NCBI GenBank assembly: GCA_951812955.1
Contig: OX638340.1
Location: 512,001-576,000, forward strand
Reading direction: 5' to 3'
Length of the DNA stretch: 64,000 nt
Source of the DNA: an uncultured Gemmatimonadota bacterium
GTDB taxonomy: Bacteria > JAAXHH01
Positions within the stretch are counted from its first letter, which is position 1. Each line of letters starts with the position of its first letter. The translations under genes and the position numbers were made by a program. The notes under the pieces are model-generated. The model did not search any database. It saw only the letters and a program-made list of their open reading frames with translations, and was not told the origin of the DNA. This document shows positions 39,305-49,236 of the stretch, piece by piece.

Positions 39305-41716
39305 ATGATCGGTAATGAGATGCTGCGCATTCAGCAGATGCGCCACGGGCATGCCCACATCCTCCGTTTTGAAGTCCTCGATCCGAATGCCGGGTGGCGT
39401 ACGGTATTGTCCCACCGGGCCGAAACCAAGCATCGGCCATGGGAAAAGGACGAAGGATCTTCGGTGGAAGATTTGGAGGTCGCAGGCGCGGACGGAGTAG
39501 CAGACGCGGATGGGAAGTCGACCGCTGTCTTCTCGCAGATCGACCTGCAGGATGCCGGGAGGCTGACCCGTCGAGGCGAGATACCTGGCCATCGCATCGA
39601 GGAGCGAATTACTGTCGCATCGGACAATCTGCTTCGCGTCGAGGTGCGCGATCGACTCACCCGGCCCGGCCTACAGCTTGCGCGCCTGATGAACCACTAC
39701 TATTTCATGCCCGACAACCGGGCGATGGGTTACGCGCTGCCTCTGGACTTCGCCTGGCTTCCGGGTCTGCACGAAAACGAGAAGCACGTGGCCGGGGACT
39801 GGTTCTTCCGGTCTCCCTGCGCCATCGTCCTGGCCCACGGTGTGTACGCGGCCATCGTGCCCGATCTGGACCGAATGAACGAACAGCCGACCCTGCCCCA
39901 TGCCCTCGACCTTCGAGCATGGCATCATCCGTGTAGCGGTGAGACCTATGGCCTCCCGAGACTATCCTACGGAATCTGCCGGTGGAGGCCTGACGGGCAC
40001 GTGATCACGGCGCTCGATGTAGCCGCACCGATCGAGGAGACGGAAATCACCTACGCTTTCGATCTGATCATCGGGACGGCTGGAGGTCCCGAATCGATCG
40101 TAGGGCAGGTCACGGAGCTGCTGTGGGATAAGTACGGGGCGCGATACCTGCAGGACATCCGGCCGCAGGTCATGCCCTACGAGGAATACGGAAAGCGGTA
40201 TACCTACAAACATGAACTGAAACTCTGGGCGAAACGCGTAACCCTCTCTGGTAAAGATGGTTACGGAATTGAGAACACGTGGCGACGGGGCGTCAACTAC
40301 CACGCCTGGGAGAACGACTTCCAGTCCGGCTTCGGCATGTTGCACTACGGGCGAAAATGGGCCGACCGGGACCTTATGGCCATTGCCGAGGGCATGGTCA
40401 TTCTGCGCCTTTCCTCTCCAAGACGGGACGGGGCCTTCCCTTGTATATACAATGTAGATACAGCATCCTGGGAAGGAGCCATGTACTGGACCTCATGGCC
40501 CGCTCACCCGATGGATGGCTACGATTTGCAGTCCATGGGCGTAACGGCCTGGTGGATGCTCTACTGGTACGAACAGTATCCCGATCTTGAACGCGGCCCC
40601 GATGTGCTGAACTGGATCATCGATTTCTGCCGGTTCCTGGTCGACGCCCAGCTTCCCTCCGGCGCCATTCCAACCTATTTCGACGGCCAACTCAACCCTT
40701 CGCCCCAATTGAAGGAAGCGGCGCCCACGGCTATTGGAGGTGCGGTGTTGGCGAAGACCGCTGGCCTCATCGGCGATCCGGAAATGGAACGTGCCGCCTT
40801 GAAAGCCGGCGAGTTCATGATGAGGGAAATCGTCCCGCGGACTATGTTCCAGGACTTCGAACTCTTCTATTCCTGCGCGCCGCGACCATTGCACTGGGTC
40901 GATCCGCTCAACGGCATTCCACCGGTCAATACCCTGGCCATACAATGGACCGCGGACCACTTCCTGGCCCTGTACAAACTCACAGAGGACGGGCAATGGT
41001 TTAGCCAGGGCGAGTACTGCATTGGGTTGCTATCCCTGTTCCAGCAGGTTTGGGCACCTAACCGATACGGGAAGGCCTACCTCTTCGGCGGTTTCGGCGT
41101 GATGAACTGCGACGGGGAATGGAACGACGGCAGACAGTCCCGCATGGTTCCGACCTACGCGGACTACTTCCTTTCAACAGGTAAAATTGAATACCTGGAG
41201 CGGGCCGTGGCCGCCAGCCGCGCCGCCTTCGCCGCCATGGACATGGAAGAAAACCATGCTAACGGCATAAATGATTACCGTGTTACGATGGCTGAGCAGT
41301 TGAAAGTGGAAGCCGGTATTGGTCTCTCGCCGGAGAGCATCATGCACGGCGATCCCCGGGTGCATTCGGGAGAGGGTGGCGGCTGGACGGGAATCAATTG
41401 GGGCCCCGGCGGCGGCCTGGCTGCGACGGCCTACCTGGAGAGGCATTTTGGTAATGTGTGGGTAGACGGCAGGACGAAAAAAGCGGTCGCCATCGACGGC
41501 GCCAGCGCGGAAGTGAAGGAATGGACACGCGGGCACATCGCATTGACCGTAACCAACGCGCTGCGAAATCTCGTTTCACCGTATACCGAACGACGAACGA
41601 TCCTGCTTAAATTCGGTTACCTGGATGATGACGCATACACAATCACGCTGAACGGGCGGGACCTGGGTGAACAGAAGCGTGCCACACTGGAGCAGGGGCT
41701 GGCAATCGAGATTTAA
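39305..41716 (+). CDS. Large (803 aa) conserved hypothetical protein; Trp/Tyr-rich, possibly an (alpha/alpha)6-barrel glycoside-hydrolase-like fold
   Basis: Long uninterrupted ORF with coding-like composition and GGAGA before the ATG. No signal peptide and no catalytic motif recognised by me. The fold guess is inference only. Confidence 0.5.
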   Translation: MIGNEMLRIQQMRHGHAHILRFEVLDPNAGWRTVLSHRAETKHRPWEKDEGSSVEDLEVAGADGVADADGKSTAVFSQIDLQDAGRLTRRGEIPGHRIEERITVASDNLLRVEVRDRLTRPGLQLARLMNHYYFMPDNRAMGYALPLDFAWLPGLHENEKHVAGDWFFRSPCAIVLAHGVYAAIVPDLDRMNEQPTLPHALDLRAWHHPCSGETYGLPRLSYGICRWRPDGHVITALDVAAPIEETEITYAFDLIIGTAGGPESIVGQVTELLWDKYGARYLQDIRPQVMPYEEYGKRYTYKHELKLWAKRVTLSGKDGYGIENTWRRGVNYHAWENDFQSGFGMLHYGRKWADRDLMAIAEGMVILRLSSPRRDGAFPCIYNVDTASWEGAMYWTSWPAHPMDGYDLQSMGVTAWWMLYWYEQYPDLERGPDVLNWIIDFCRFLVDAQLPSGAIPTYFDGQLNPSPQLKEAAPTAIGGAVLAKTAGLIGDPEMERAALKAGEFMMREIVPRTMFQDFELFYSCAPRPLHWVDPLNGIPPVNTLAIQWTADHFLALYKLTEDGQWFSQGEYCIGLLSLFQQVWAPNRYGKAYLFGGFGVMNCDGEWNDGRQSRMVPTYADYFLSTGKIEYLERAVAASRAAFAAMDMEENHANGINDYRVTMAEQLKVEAGIGLSPESIMHGDPRVHSGEGGGWTGINWGPGGGLAATAYLERHFGNVWVDGRTKKAVAIDGASAEVKEWTRGHIALTVTNALRNLVSPYTERRTILLKFGYLDDDAYTITLNGRDLGEQKRATLEQGLAIEI

Positions 41717-41773
41717 AGGATAGCTGAATACCAGTTCCGTTGGCTGTAAGAGTCTATTGGACGGTGGTTCTCT

Positions 41774-42616
41774 GTGAAGTTGACCCCCACGCAACTCGAA
41801 GCGTATCGCCAGGATGGGTTTGTCATTGTTGATTGCCCCTTTCTTGCCGGCTACACGGAGGCTTGCCTACGGGCGGTAGATCGCGTGGCGGCCGATCCCG
41901 TATCAGACGATGTTGATACACGCCGAAACCATTTCCGGCTCGCTCCGCAGATGCCCGGATCATACTGGTGCGCCCTTGACCATTCCCAGCCATTTCTGCA
42001 GATCATTCTCCATCCGGAAATTCTCGAATTGGTTCGGCAACTGACCGGCGACGACGATGTCTTCCTTCGCAATGGCGGTATCAATGAACTGGCGCCTGGC
42101 AACTCGTTCTGGTGGCATCGCGACAGCGAGATGGTTTACACCGAGTACATGCACTACTTCTCTGGATCTTCCGTGGAACAGGGTTGCTTGAGGGTCATTC
42201 CCGGTAGTCATGTGGCCTCTGCGGATGAATTCAAGGAAGAAGCGGAACATCGTAGACGCGACCAGGGATATCCCGAGGAATACTGGGTCGATGGCCTTGC
42301 GGACGTGGAATTACCTGGAGAGGTCCCGCTCGAGGTCAGGCCGGATCAGCTCATCGTTCGCGATTCAAGGATCTACCACGCGACCGGGCTCAATACTACG
42401 AAGGATGCCCGACTGATGAGCCACTGGCTGTTTCGCGCCGGCGGCTGCGACGACCACCGGTTTCACTTCGAGGATGTGCTGACTAAAGAATTGATCGACG
42501 CGCTTTCACCCGAGCAGCAGGATGCGCTGTGGCTGGGCAGGGATTTCGAGATTGCCAAGGTGTACCGTGAAGAACGGGAAAGGGAGCGGGGGAAGGTGGC
42601 GTGGGGGGTGGTGTGA
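41774..42616 (+). CDS. Phytanoyl-CoA dioxygenase (PhyH) family Fe(II)/2-oxoglutarate oxygenase
   Basis: N-terminal LTPTQLEAYRQDGFVIVD motif, HxD (WHRDSE) and a distal His (IYHATG). GTG start. Confidence 0.8.
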   Translation: MKLTPTQLEAYRQDGFVIVDCPFLAGYTEACLRAVDRVAADPVSDDVDTRRNHFRLAPQMPGSYWCALDHSQPFLQIILHPEILELVRQLTGDDDVFLRNGGINELAPGNSFWWHRDSEMVYTEYMHYFSGSSVEQGCLRVIPGSHVASADEFKEEAEHRRRDQGYPEEYWVDGLADVELPGEVPLEVRPDQLIVRDSRIYHATGLNTTKDARLMSHWLFRAGGCDDHRFHFEDVLTKELIDALSPEQQDALWLGRDFEIAKVYREERERERGKVAWGVV

Positions 42617-42745
42617 GTAAGTCCCCGGAGTACGGCTTCGGAAGCGTCTTCTTAGTCGGTGTCTTCGCTCGACCCAGGTGAGCAGATTTTGAATGCGTAT
42701 TCCTAGAAGGCAGTTTCACTCGACCTATGCAGGCCGGCGGCGAGA

Positions 42746-43618
42746 TTAGAACGCATAGCGCAACGATGCCCTGAATCCCTGCCCATTGAGCATTGCCCTG
42801 GTTTCGACGAGGTCTATCTTTAGCGGTTCGCGTCTACCGTCTTTCCAGACGACCTCACCTGTGGCTCGTCCGGTCTCCGCAATCCCCCAATCCACGTATC
42901 GCCAGGCAAGATCAAGCGTGATTTTGTCCGAAAGAGACGTAGCCACGCCAGACGTCAGCATCACGGCGAGATCAACGTTCCGGCCATCGGGAACGATGGT
43001 CTCCGTATTAGGAAACGTCATGCGGAAGTTACTGATATCGACATAGTGCAGCCCAGCGCCGCTTCCCGCGAACATGCGAAATGGACCGTATTCAGAAAGA
43101 TCCATGTACGCGGCGACCATGCCGGACATGGACCACAGGTCCGCCGATACGGGTTGGTCCGCGCTAGTCTGGACAAAATTAGCGCTACCTTCGAATGTAA
43201 AACGAGGGCGGTAGGCTATGGACGTTTCCAGTCGCAGTTTCGGCGTTACCAAGAAGCCAAGGCCGACTTCGACACCGGCTGTCGATCCGAAATCACCCTG
43301 CGTGCCCAGCGTGGTGCCGTTGTTCCCCTTGCCACAGCCGTAGAGCGCCGCAGGAGACTTGCTCAAGCAGTCCGCGTCCCCGAACCTGGTTTTCGAGGAC
43401 AGATCGAGGTTTACTCCGGCTCGAAGGTAGAAAGGATTTTGGGGTGGGGTGAGGCCGGATGCGGGCTGTGCAGAATCGATCTGGCCTGAACTGGCTCCTT
43501 CTGAGCCAGAGACCGCACTCGCTTGAACACCTGCCGGATTGAGATACATGGTGGCTATGATTGAAGCCAGGGTAATGGCCGTTCTGATCCCTATAACTGT
43601 CATGCGGTCGCTGGTCAT
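42746..43618 (-). CDS. Outer-membrane beta-barrel protein (OmpA-like / porin family)
   Basis: Signal peptide, alternating hydrophobic beta-strand pattern and a C-terminal ...LRYAF ending in an aromatic residue. Confidence 0.7.
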   Translation of the reverse strand: MTSDRMTVIGIRTAITLASIIATMYLNPAGVQASAVSGSEGASSGQIDSAQPASGLTPPQNPFYLRAGVNLDLSSKTRFGDADCLSKSPAALYGCGKGNNGTTLGTQGDFGSTAGVEVGLGFLVTPKLRLETSIAYRPRFTFEGSANFVQTSADQPVSADLWSMSGMVAAYMDLSEYGPFRMFAGSGAGLHYVDISNFRMTFPNTETIVPDGRNVDLAVMLTSGVATSLSDKITLDLAWRYVDWGIAETGRATGEVVWKDGRREPLKIDLVETRAMLNGQGFRASLRYAF

Positions 43619-43803
43619 GTTCGTCTCTCGTTACGGTTCGATGTGGAGTGCTTGATTCTCGTCCAGATGGTTCGACGATAAAACCTCCGTGCGAAAATAG
43701 ACAAACTCCAAGCGAAAGTAGACAACCTTCCAGCGCAATCGTGGCTCGCCCACCGGATCGCGCTCACAATCCAACCAGATGTCACCCGTACTTAATCGTG
43801 AAT

Positions 43804-44649
43804 TCAATCGATTTCGATCAGAATCCGACAGTGATCGCTTGAACCCCACTCATCGGGTTCGTTCATCGCCTGAGTACGTACACTATGGTGGAATCCCCGT
43901 GAAGCGAATACGTAGTCGAGCTGATTTACGGCGTTTTCTGGCATTCTCGCACGTGGCGCGTAATATGTGGGTGTATTCTTCGTATCTTCAGGTAGTCCAT
44001 ACGGAATGGGATCGGTCCTTCTGCCATCCGGATATCGAGGTCCCACAAACTCTAGACCCAGGGCGTCCATTCGTTCGAAAACAGTACGGTCGCGATCAGG
44101 CAGCACCAGTTTCGTGTCTTTAGACCCGAAAACGGTGTTCAGGTCTCCTGCCGCCAGGATCCGATGGGTGCTTGAATCTAGATCTCCAATAAAAGCTGAG
44201 ATATCAGAGATGATCCGATGTGTCGACGCGTCTGAGTATCCGGCCCACCATTTCGAGTCAACCGAAGCGTGCGGTCTTAACCAACGCGCATACATGGATA
44301 CAGCGATAAAAGGCTCCTGATCGCGGGGAATCACCCGGGCGGCCGCGATGGTACCGATGTCGCTGACGACCATCTCGTCGGGGCCGGTTGCTTTGTATTG
44401 AGGGAGAACTCGCCTGAACCGCTCAACCATGACTCGGTCGGATAGCTTGACGATTATTGGCCAGCGATCGAAATCATCCAGGTCGCTCCACTGGTCGCCG
44501 GTTGTTTTGGTTCCGGTGTCGAGACGCGTGCGCAGATCTGGAGGCACTTTACCAGCCTCTTGAATCAGAGCGACGTCCGCGTTCATCTCAAGTAGTTCGT
44601 CCCACGGTGCTCTTCTCCTTGCGATATTCCAACTGACAACAGTTGTCAT
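43804..44649 (-). CDS. Endonuclease/exonuclease/phosphatase (EEP) family protein
   Basis: N-terminal VVSWNIARRR, DVALIQEAG and a C-terminal SDHCRILIEID motif typical of the EEP fold. Confidence 0.75.
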   Translation of the reverse strand: MTTVVSWNIARRRAPWDELLEMNADVALIQEAGKVPPDLRTRLDTGTKTTGDQWSDLDDFDRWPIIVKLSDRVMVERFRRVLPQYKATGPDEMVVSDIGTIAAARVIPRDQEPFIAVSMYARWLRPHASVDSKWWAGYSDASTHRIISDISAFIGDLDSSTHRILAAGDLNTVFGSKDTKLVLPDRDRTVFERMDALGLEFVGPRYPDGRRTDPIPYGLPEDTKNTPTYYAPRARMPENAVNQLDYVFASRGFHHSVRTQAMNEPDEWGSSDHCRILIEID

Positions 44650-44658
44650 CCAATCCCC

Positions 44659-45735
44659 TCATCCACCCACCTTCGCCTCGAACGCCGCGATCTCCTCCGC
44701 ACCCTCCAACACACCGATTTCCAGATGAAAATCGCGTACTTCGTCCGGTTCGATGTGCTGCAGGTAGCCGTTCTTGCGGTTCCAGGCTCGGCCGAGCATG
44801 CTGACGTTGCCGGGTTCGATGCCAGTGACGTAGGTTCCCCGGTGGAAGTGCTGCCAGTGGGTAACGATAGGGATTTCGGCCTTGGGGAAGGACCAGTAGA
44901 TTCCGAGGCCGAGGCGGTCGTTGATCAGACCCACGCGGCACAGGCCGGCGGCATCGGCCCGTGGATGAAGGATGTAGACGTCGTCATGCGCTTCGTCCCC
45001 GGGTGCGGAGACTGTAGCATAGGTTTCGGGGCCTACTTCACGGTCTTCGAGCCACTCGGTCGTTTTCTCGCTGTCAATGACGACGCGCGTGCCCTCGTCG
45101 AGGACGGGAAAACCGGGGTTGCAGTGATAGACGAACATCAGGGGTGAGCGATCGACCGATTGATTGTGTATCCGATCGTGAATATGCAGCGATTTTTCGC
45201 CCAGGACCGTCGAGATTTCCCGGGTGAGTTCCAGGTTGGTGCCGAAGACGACGGCCTCCCTGACCTTCCCTCGCACCTTGACGATGTAGTCGTCGCCGTC
45301 CCACTGGCCATCGGTATGTACCTGCCTGGCGGGGAGGAAGGACAGGCGGCCGTGGAGTCCGAGTTCTTCGTTTTCTTCTTCAGGATCGGTCTCCGGATGG
45401 CCTGTGAAGGTCATTCCGCAGCTAAGGACCAGGCCGCCAAAGAACCCGCGCATCCAGCCGTATCCCTGTGGCTCGTAGAAAGAAGGGCCCACGTCGCCCG
45501 TGCTTCCGCGAAAACAAAGCGACATGCCTTTGTAGTGGGCCGAGGCCACGTCGAGTGCACGTCCCGGCAGCAGGGAGAAGCATAGTCCCGATGCGTTGAA
45601 TACCTCGATGAGATCCGCGCCTCGATCGGTTCCCTCGCGCAATTCGCCTTGCCTGGCATGGGCTACCTGGCTCATGTCGCCCACGAGATCGAGCAGTTCC
45701 CTGCGGGTATATTCTTTTCCAAATAGACGCGCCAT
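44659..45735 (-). CDS. DUF4432-like protein (galactose-mutarotase-like fold; assignment tentative)
   Basis: About 358 aa. Start at the ATG at 45735 with GGGAGAAAG upstream, 17 nt after the glnS stop. The family assignment is from memory of the motif pattern only. Confidence 0.45.
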   Translation of the reverse strand: MARLFGKEYTRRELLDLVGDMSQVAHARQGELREGTDRGADLIEVFNASGLCFSLLPGRALDVASAHYKGMSLCFRGSTGDVGPSFYEPQGYGWMRGFFGGLVLSCGMTFTGHPETDPEEENEELGLHGRLSFLPARQVHTDGQWDGDDYIVKVRGKVREAVVFGTNLELTREISTVLGEKSLHIHDRIHNQSVDRSPLMFVYHCNPGFPVLDEGTRVVIDSEKTTEWLEDREVGPETYATVSAPGDEAHDDVYILHPRADAAGLCRVGLINDRLGLGIYWSFPKAEIPIVTHWQHFHRGTYVTGIEPGNVSMLGRAWNRKNGYLQHIEPDEVRDFHLEIGVLEGAEEIAAFEAKVGG

Positions 45736-45752
45736 AGTCACTTTCTCCCTGT

Positions 45753-47480
45753 TTACTTCTTCTGGATCTTCGCCCAGGTATCGCGCAGGGCGATGGTGCG
45801 GTTGAATACTGGTCCGGTCTGGCCGGTCTGGCCGTACTCTGGCGCAGCCCGGTCGATTGCCGGTCCATCGGACTGCGTTTCGTCGGCATCGATGCAGAAG
45901 TACCCAAGTCGCTCGAACTGGTAATTCACACCGGGTACAGCTTCGGCCAGTCCGGGTTCGACCTTGCAGTCCGTGACGGTCTTGAGCGAGTCCGGATTGA
46001 GTAAGGATCGTTCATCGTCCACTTCACCCGGACGGGGATCCGGATCGCTGAAGAGCCGGTCATAGAGCCGCACGGTCGCGTTCAGGGCGTGGGCGGCCGA
46101 AACCCAGTGTATGGTGCCGCGTACCCGTCTCCCGTCGGGCGTGCTTCCACCTCTGGATTCCGGATCGTAAGTGCAGTGCAGCTCGACAATGTTTCCCTGG
46201 TCATCCTTAATCACGTCCGTACAGGTAATGTAGTACCCGTAACGCAGCCTGACTTCCCGTCCCGGACCGAGCCGGAAAAACTTCCGCGGCGGATCTTCCA
46301 TGAAGTCGTTCCGCTCGATGTAGATCTCGCGAGAAAACGGGACTTCCCGTGTCCCCATTCCCTCGTCTTCCGGGTTGTTCACGGCTTCCATGTGCTCGGT
46401 CTGGTCGGCGGGATAATTGGTGATCACGACCTTCAGGGGATCCAGCACGCCCATGACGCGTGGTGCGCGCTTGTTCAGGTCTTCCCGGATGATGAAATCC
46501 GACAGGGCCATGTCTATGAGATTGTGGTTCTTGGCCACGCCGACACGGTCGCAGAGGGTTCGTATCGAATCGGGCGTATATCCACGTCGCCGCAAGCCGG
46601 ACAGTGTGGGCATGCGGGGATCGTCCCACCCGGAAAGCACGCCTTCCTCGATCAGGGGCCGGTAGAAGCGCTTTGACAGCACGGTGTGCGCCAGTACCAG
46701 CGGCGCAAACTCGATCTGCTGGGGATGGTAGACATCCAGCCGGTCCAAAATCCAGTCGTAGAGCGGCCGGTTGTTTTCGAATTCCAGCGTGCAGAGCGAA
46801 TGGGTGATGCCCTCGATGGAATCCGACAGGCAGTGGGTGAAATCATACATGGGATATACACACCACTTGTCCCCGGTGCGGTAATGATGGGCGTGCCGTA
46901 TCCGGTACAGCACGGGGTCGCGCATCGTCAGGTTCGGATGGCCCATGTCAATCCGGGCCCTGAGGACATGGGTGCCGTCCGGAAACTCCCCGGCCTGCAT
47001 GCGCTGGAACAGTTCCCTGTTCTCATCTCCCGGCCGGTCGCGGTACGGACTGTCCCGGCCCGGTTCCGTGGGTGTGCCGCGATAGTCCCGCATCTCGTCC
47101 CAGGTCAGGCTGTCGACGTAGGCGTCACCCTGGTCGATGAGCTGAAGCGCGTAACCGTACAGCTGATCGTAGTAATCGGAGGCGAAGTATAGCCGGTCTT
47201 CCCAGTCGAACCCCAGCCACTTGATGTCCCGCTTGATCCCCTCGACATAATTCGCGTCTTCTTTCTCGGGATTCGAGTCGTCAAACCGGAGATTGCACAG
47301 GCCGCCGTACTCCTCGGCCACCCCGAAATTCAGGCAGATCGACTTCGCGTGACCGATATGGAGATAGCCGTTCGGTTCCGGGGGAAAACGGGTCATCACC
47401 TTGCCCCCGAACTTGCCGCTTTCCATGTCCGCGTCGATGATCTCGCGTATGAAGTCCCTATACTGCTTTTCTTCGCTCAT
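45753..47480 (-). CDS. glnS: Glutamine--tRNA ligase
   Basis: [24 protein letters not shown] is near-identical to E. coli GlnRS. VLSKR (KMSKS-type) motif and C-terminal anticodon-binding beta-barrels. Start placed at the ATG at 47480 (MSEEKQ) with AGGAAGG. Confidence 0.9.
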   Translation of the reverse strand: MSEEKQYRDFIREIIDADMESGKFGGKVMTRFPPEPNGYLHIGHAKSICLNFGVAEEYGGLCNLRFDDSNPEKEDANYVEGIKRDIKWLGFDWEDRLYFASDYYDQLYGYALQLIDQGDAYVDSLTWDEMRDYRGTPTEPGRDSPYRDRPGDENRELFQRMQAGEFPDGTHVLRARIDMGHPNLTMRDPVLYRIRHAHHYRTGDKWCVYPMYDFTHCLSDSIEGITHSLCTLEFENNRPLYDWILDRLDVYHPQQIEFAPLVLAHTVLSKRFYRPLIEEGVLSGWDDPRMPTLSGLRRRGYTPDSIRTLCDRVGVAKNHNLIDMALSDFIIREDLNKRAPRVMGVLDPLKVVITNYPADQTEHMEAVNNPEDEGMGTREVPFSREIYIERNDFMEDPPRKFFRLGPGREVRLRYGYYITCTDVIKDDQGNIVELHCTYDPESRGGSTPDGRRVRGTIHWVSAAHALNATVRLYDRLFSDPDPRPGEVDDERSLLNPDSLKTVTDCKVEPGLAEAVPGVNYQFERLGYFCIDADETQSDGPAIDRAAPEYGQTGQTGPVFNRTIALRDTWAKIQKK

Positions 47481-47607
47481 AGCCTTCCTGTTCAGGTTAC
47501 TTTTTGGAGCAGAATAAAGACCGAATAATATAGATCGTCGAGGGGGAAAGGGCAAGGTTTAGAGCAGGGGAGAATGTCCATGCGTTGCCTTAAACAGTTT
47601 TTACGAT

Positions 47608-49014
47608 TTACTGCTTGATGAGTGGCTGATACAGTTCAATGAGTCCGGCTATGTGACTGATTGTGTTCCTTGAGATAGAATTATCCTCGTAGTGGTTGAC
47701 AAGTCGTAATATCTCTTCGATCCTTCTGTCGTCTGGTCTGCCCGTTCTGCTAGAGATGTTATCCAAAGGAGGACCAAGCGCCCCTTTTTCTTCGGACTCA
47801 AAATAACGACGCAGTTCGTATACAGAAACACTCATAGTACCTTTTACATCTGCGTTTTGCATCTTACGATCGGTTAAGTAAACAAATGTCTCTAACTCAT
47901 TAAGATTGTTATTTTGGGTGTCATTCAGATCAAAATTGGCAATTAATTCGTCAATGCGGTTCATTAACTCATACCCTTTTTTATCCCCTCGAACGAATGC
48001 GCGATAAAGCGATGGGTCATGTAACCGTAGCGTAACAAGCAAACTCAGTATAACTGCTCGAAGTGGTTCCCCCTCTTCTATGGATGCTCTTACAAAGGCG
48101 ATTGACCTAATGCATTGTTCGATATCACGAAGTGAAAAACCAAAACAACTGCAGAGAATTGGAAAAAACTCGCGGAACCAATCAGAATCCAATGAATGGT
48201 CTTTGAAAAACCTATCCAACAAATAACGATTAACTAAATGCCTACAATAGGCTTCCGGGTCGATTTCAGGTAAAGTAAACGTAAAATCAAAAAACCGTCT
48301 CAAGTAAACATCTGAATCGATTTTACCATAAACAGACTGGAATGATTTGCATAACTCATCTCGATTGATTCCAAAAATGAAAACCAAACCTGGTATCTCA
48401 AATATGTGTTTAACCCGTTCCAAGAGTTCTATCGCAAAAGTAGGTCTACAACGGTCAAGTTCATCAACAATAAAAACCAGAGGATGCTTGGTTTCTTCCC
48501 TTACTTGAGTAGCAAGTTTTTCGAGATGTTTTCTTAAATCATCACGTTTTTTAACAAGGCTTTCATATCTGCCAAGTACATTGGGGGAGAATAGCCTTCC
48601 CAAGTCCCATCCAGTCGTCCCCTTAACCACAGTGAGCAACCCTGATATCAATCGTCCCCCGTGTTTCTGAATCAGCTTAATTGCACAATTGTATTTACTA
48701 TCATTCACTTGATCTGTCAGTTGTCCAAGAATCGAAGCTAAGGGGTCATCGCCAAAGTCATCATTCCACGCGTTTATATAGACACTTTCAAATCCTCGGT
48801 TTTGAAGATCTTTCTGCCATCGCTTGAGAAAGAACGTCTTACCCGTTCCCCAATCTCCATGTAAACTTACGATAAGGGATGGTCTTTGGGCCTGAACAAG
48901 ATTCGTCAATGTATTCGCAACTTCGGCTCTGCTCATTACATCATCTATCCAGGGGTCCTGTACGTTAATCACAGGTTCTGGGACCTTTAGGATTTTTCTG
49001 TTATCTTCGTACAA
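47608..49014 (-). CDS. KAP-family P-loop NTPase
   Basis: Walker A LHGDWGTGKTFFLKRW and Walker B region FIVDELDRCRP (the DxxDRC hallmark of KAP NTPases). The whole gene is markedly AT-rich relative to its neighbours. The start is TTG at 49014, or an internal ATG 26 codons downstream. Confidence 0.75.
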   Translation of the reverse strand: MYEDNRKILKVPEPVINVQDPWIDDVMSRAEVANTLTNLVQAQRPSLIVSLHGDWGTGKTFFLKRWQKDLQNRGFESVYINAWNDDFGDDPLASILGQLTDQVNDSKYNCAIKLIQKHGGRLISGLLTVVKGTTGWDLGRLFSPNVLGRYESLVKKRDDLRKHLEKLATQVREETKHPLVFIVDELDRCRPTFAIELLERVKHIFEIPGLVFIFGINRDELCKSFQSVYGKIDSDVYLRRFFDFTFTLPEIDPEAYCRHLVNRYLLDRFFKDHSLDSDWFREFFPILCSCFGFSLRDIEQCIRSIAFVRASIEEGEPLRAVILSLLVTLRLHDPSLYRAFVRGDKKGYELMNRIDELIANFDLNDTQNNNLNELETFVYLTDRKMQNADVKGTMSVSVYELRRYFESEEKGALGPPLDNISSRTGRPDDRRIEEILRLVNHYEDNSISRNTISHIAGLIELYQPLIKQ

Positions 49015-49236
49015 TGAGTCGACCTTTCATTCTGATGATCATGGGTATTGGTTATATCCGACGTTATCGTATTCCTTACTTAGAGGCTTCAAAATCAACA
49101 ACATAGCCTAGATTGAGGCATTCGTCTTGGAACGGATATTTGAGGATAAGTTCATGGATTTATACACTGAATCGGTATGCATACAAATCGCATTTGAAAC
49201 ATGCAAAGCTATCCTACACTAGTCACGTCCGTTTCA

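Noticed and set aside
49015-49236. Searched the AT-rich flank of the KAP island for an integrase, a tRNA target or clear direct-repeat att sites
   Set aside because: No ORF with integrase or transposase features was found. Only a weak CATGCGT similarity links the two flanks, which is insufficient to call a mobile element.
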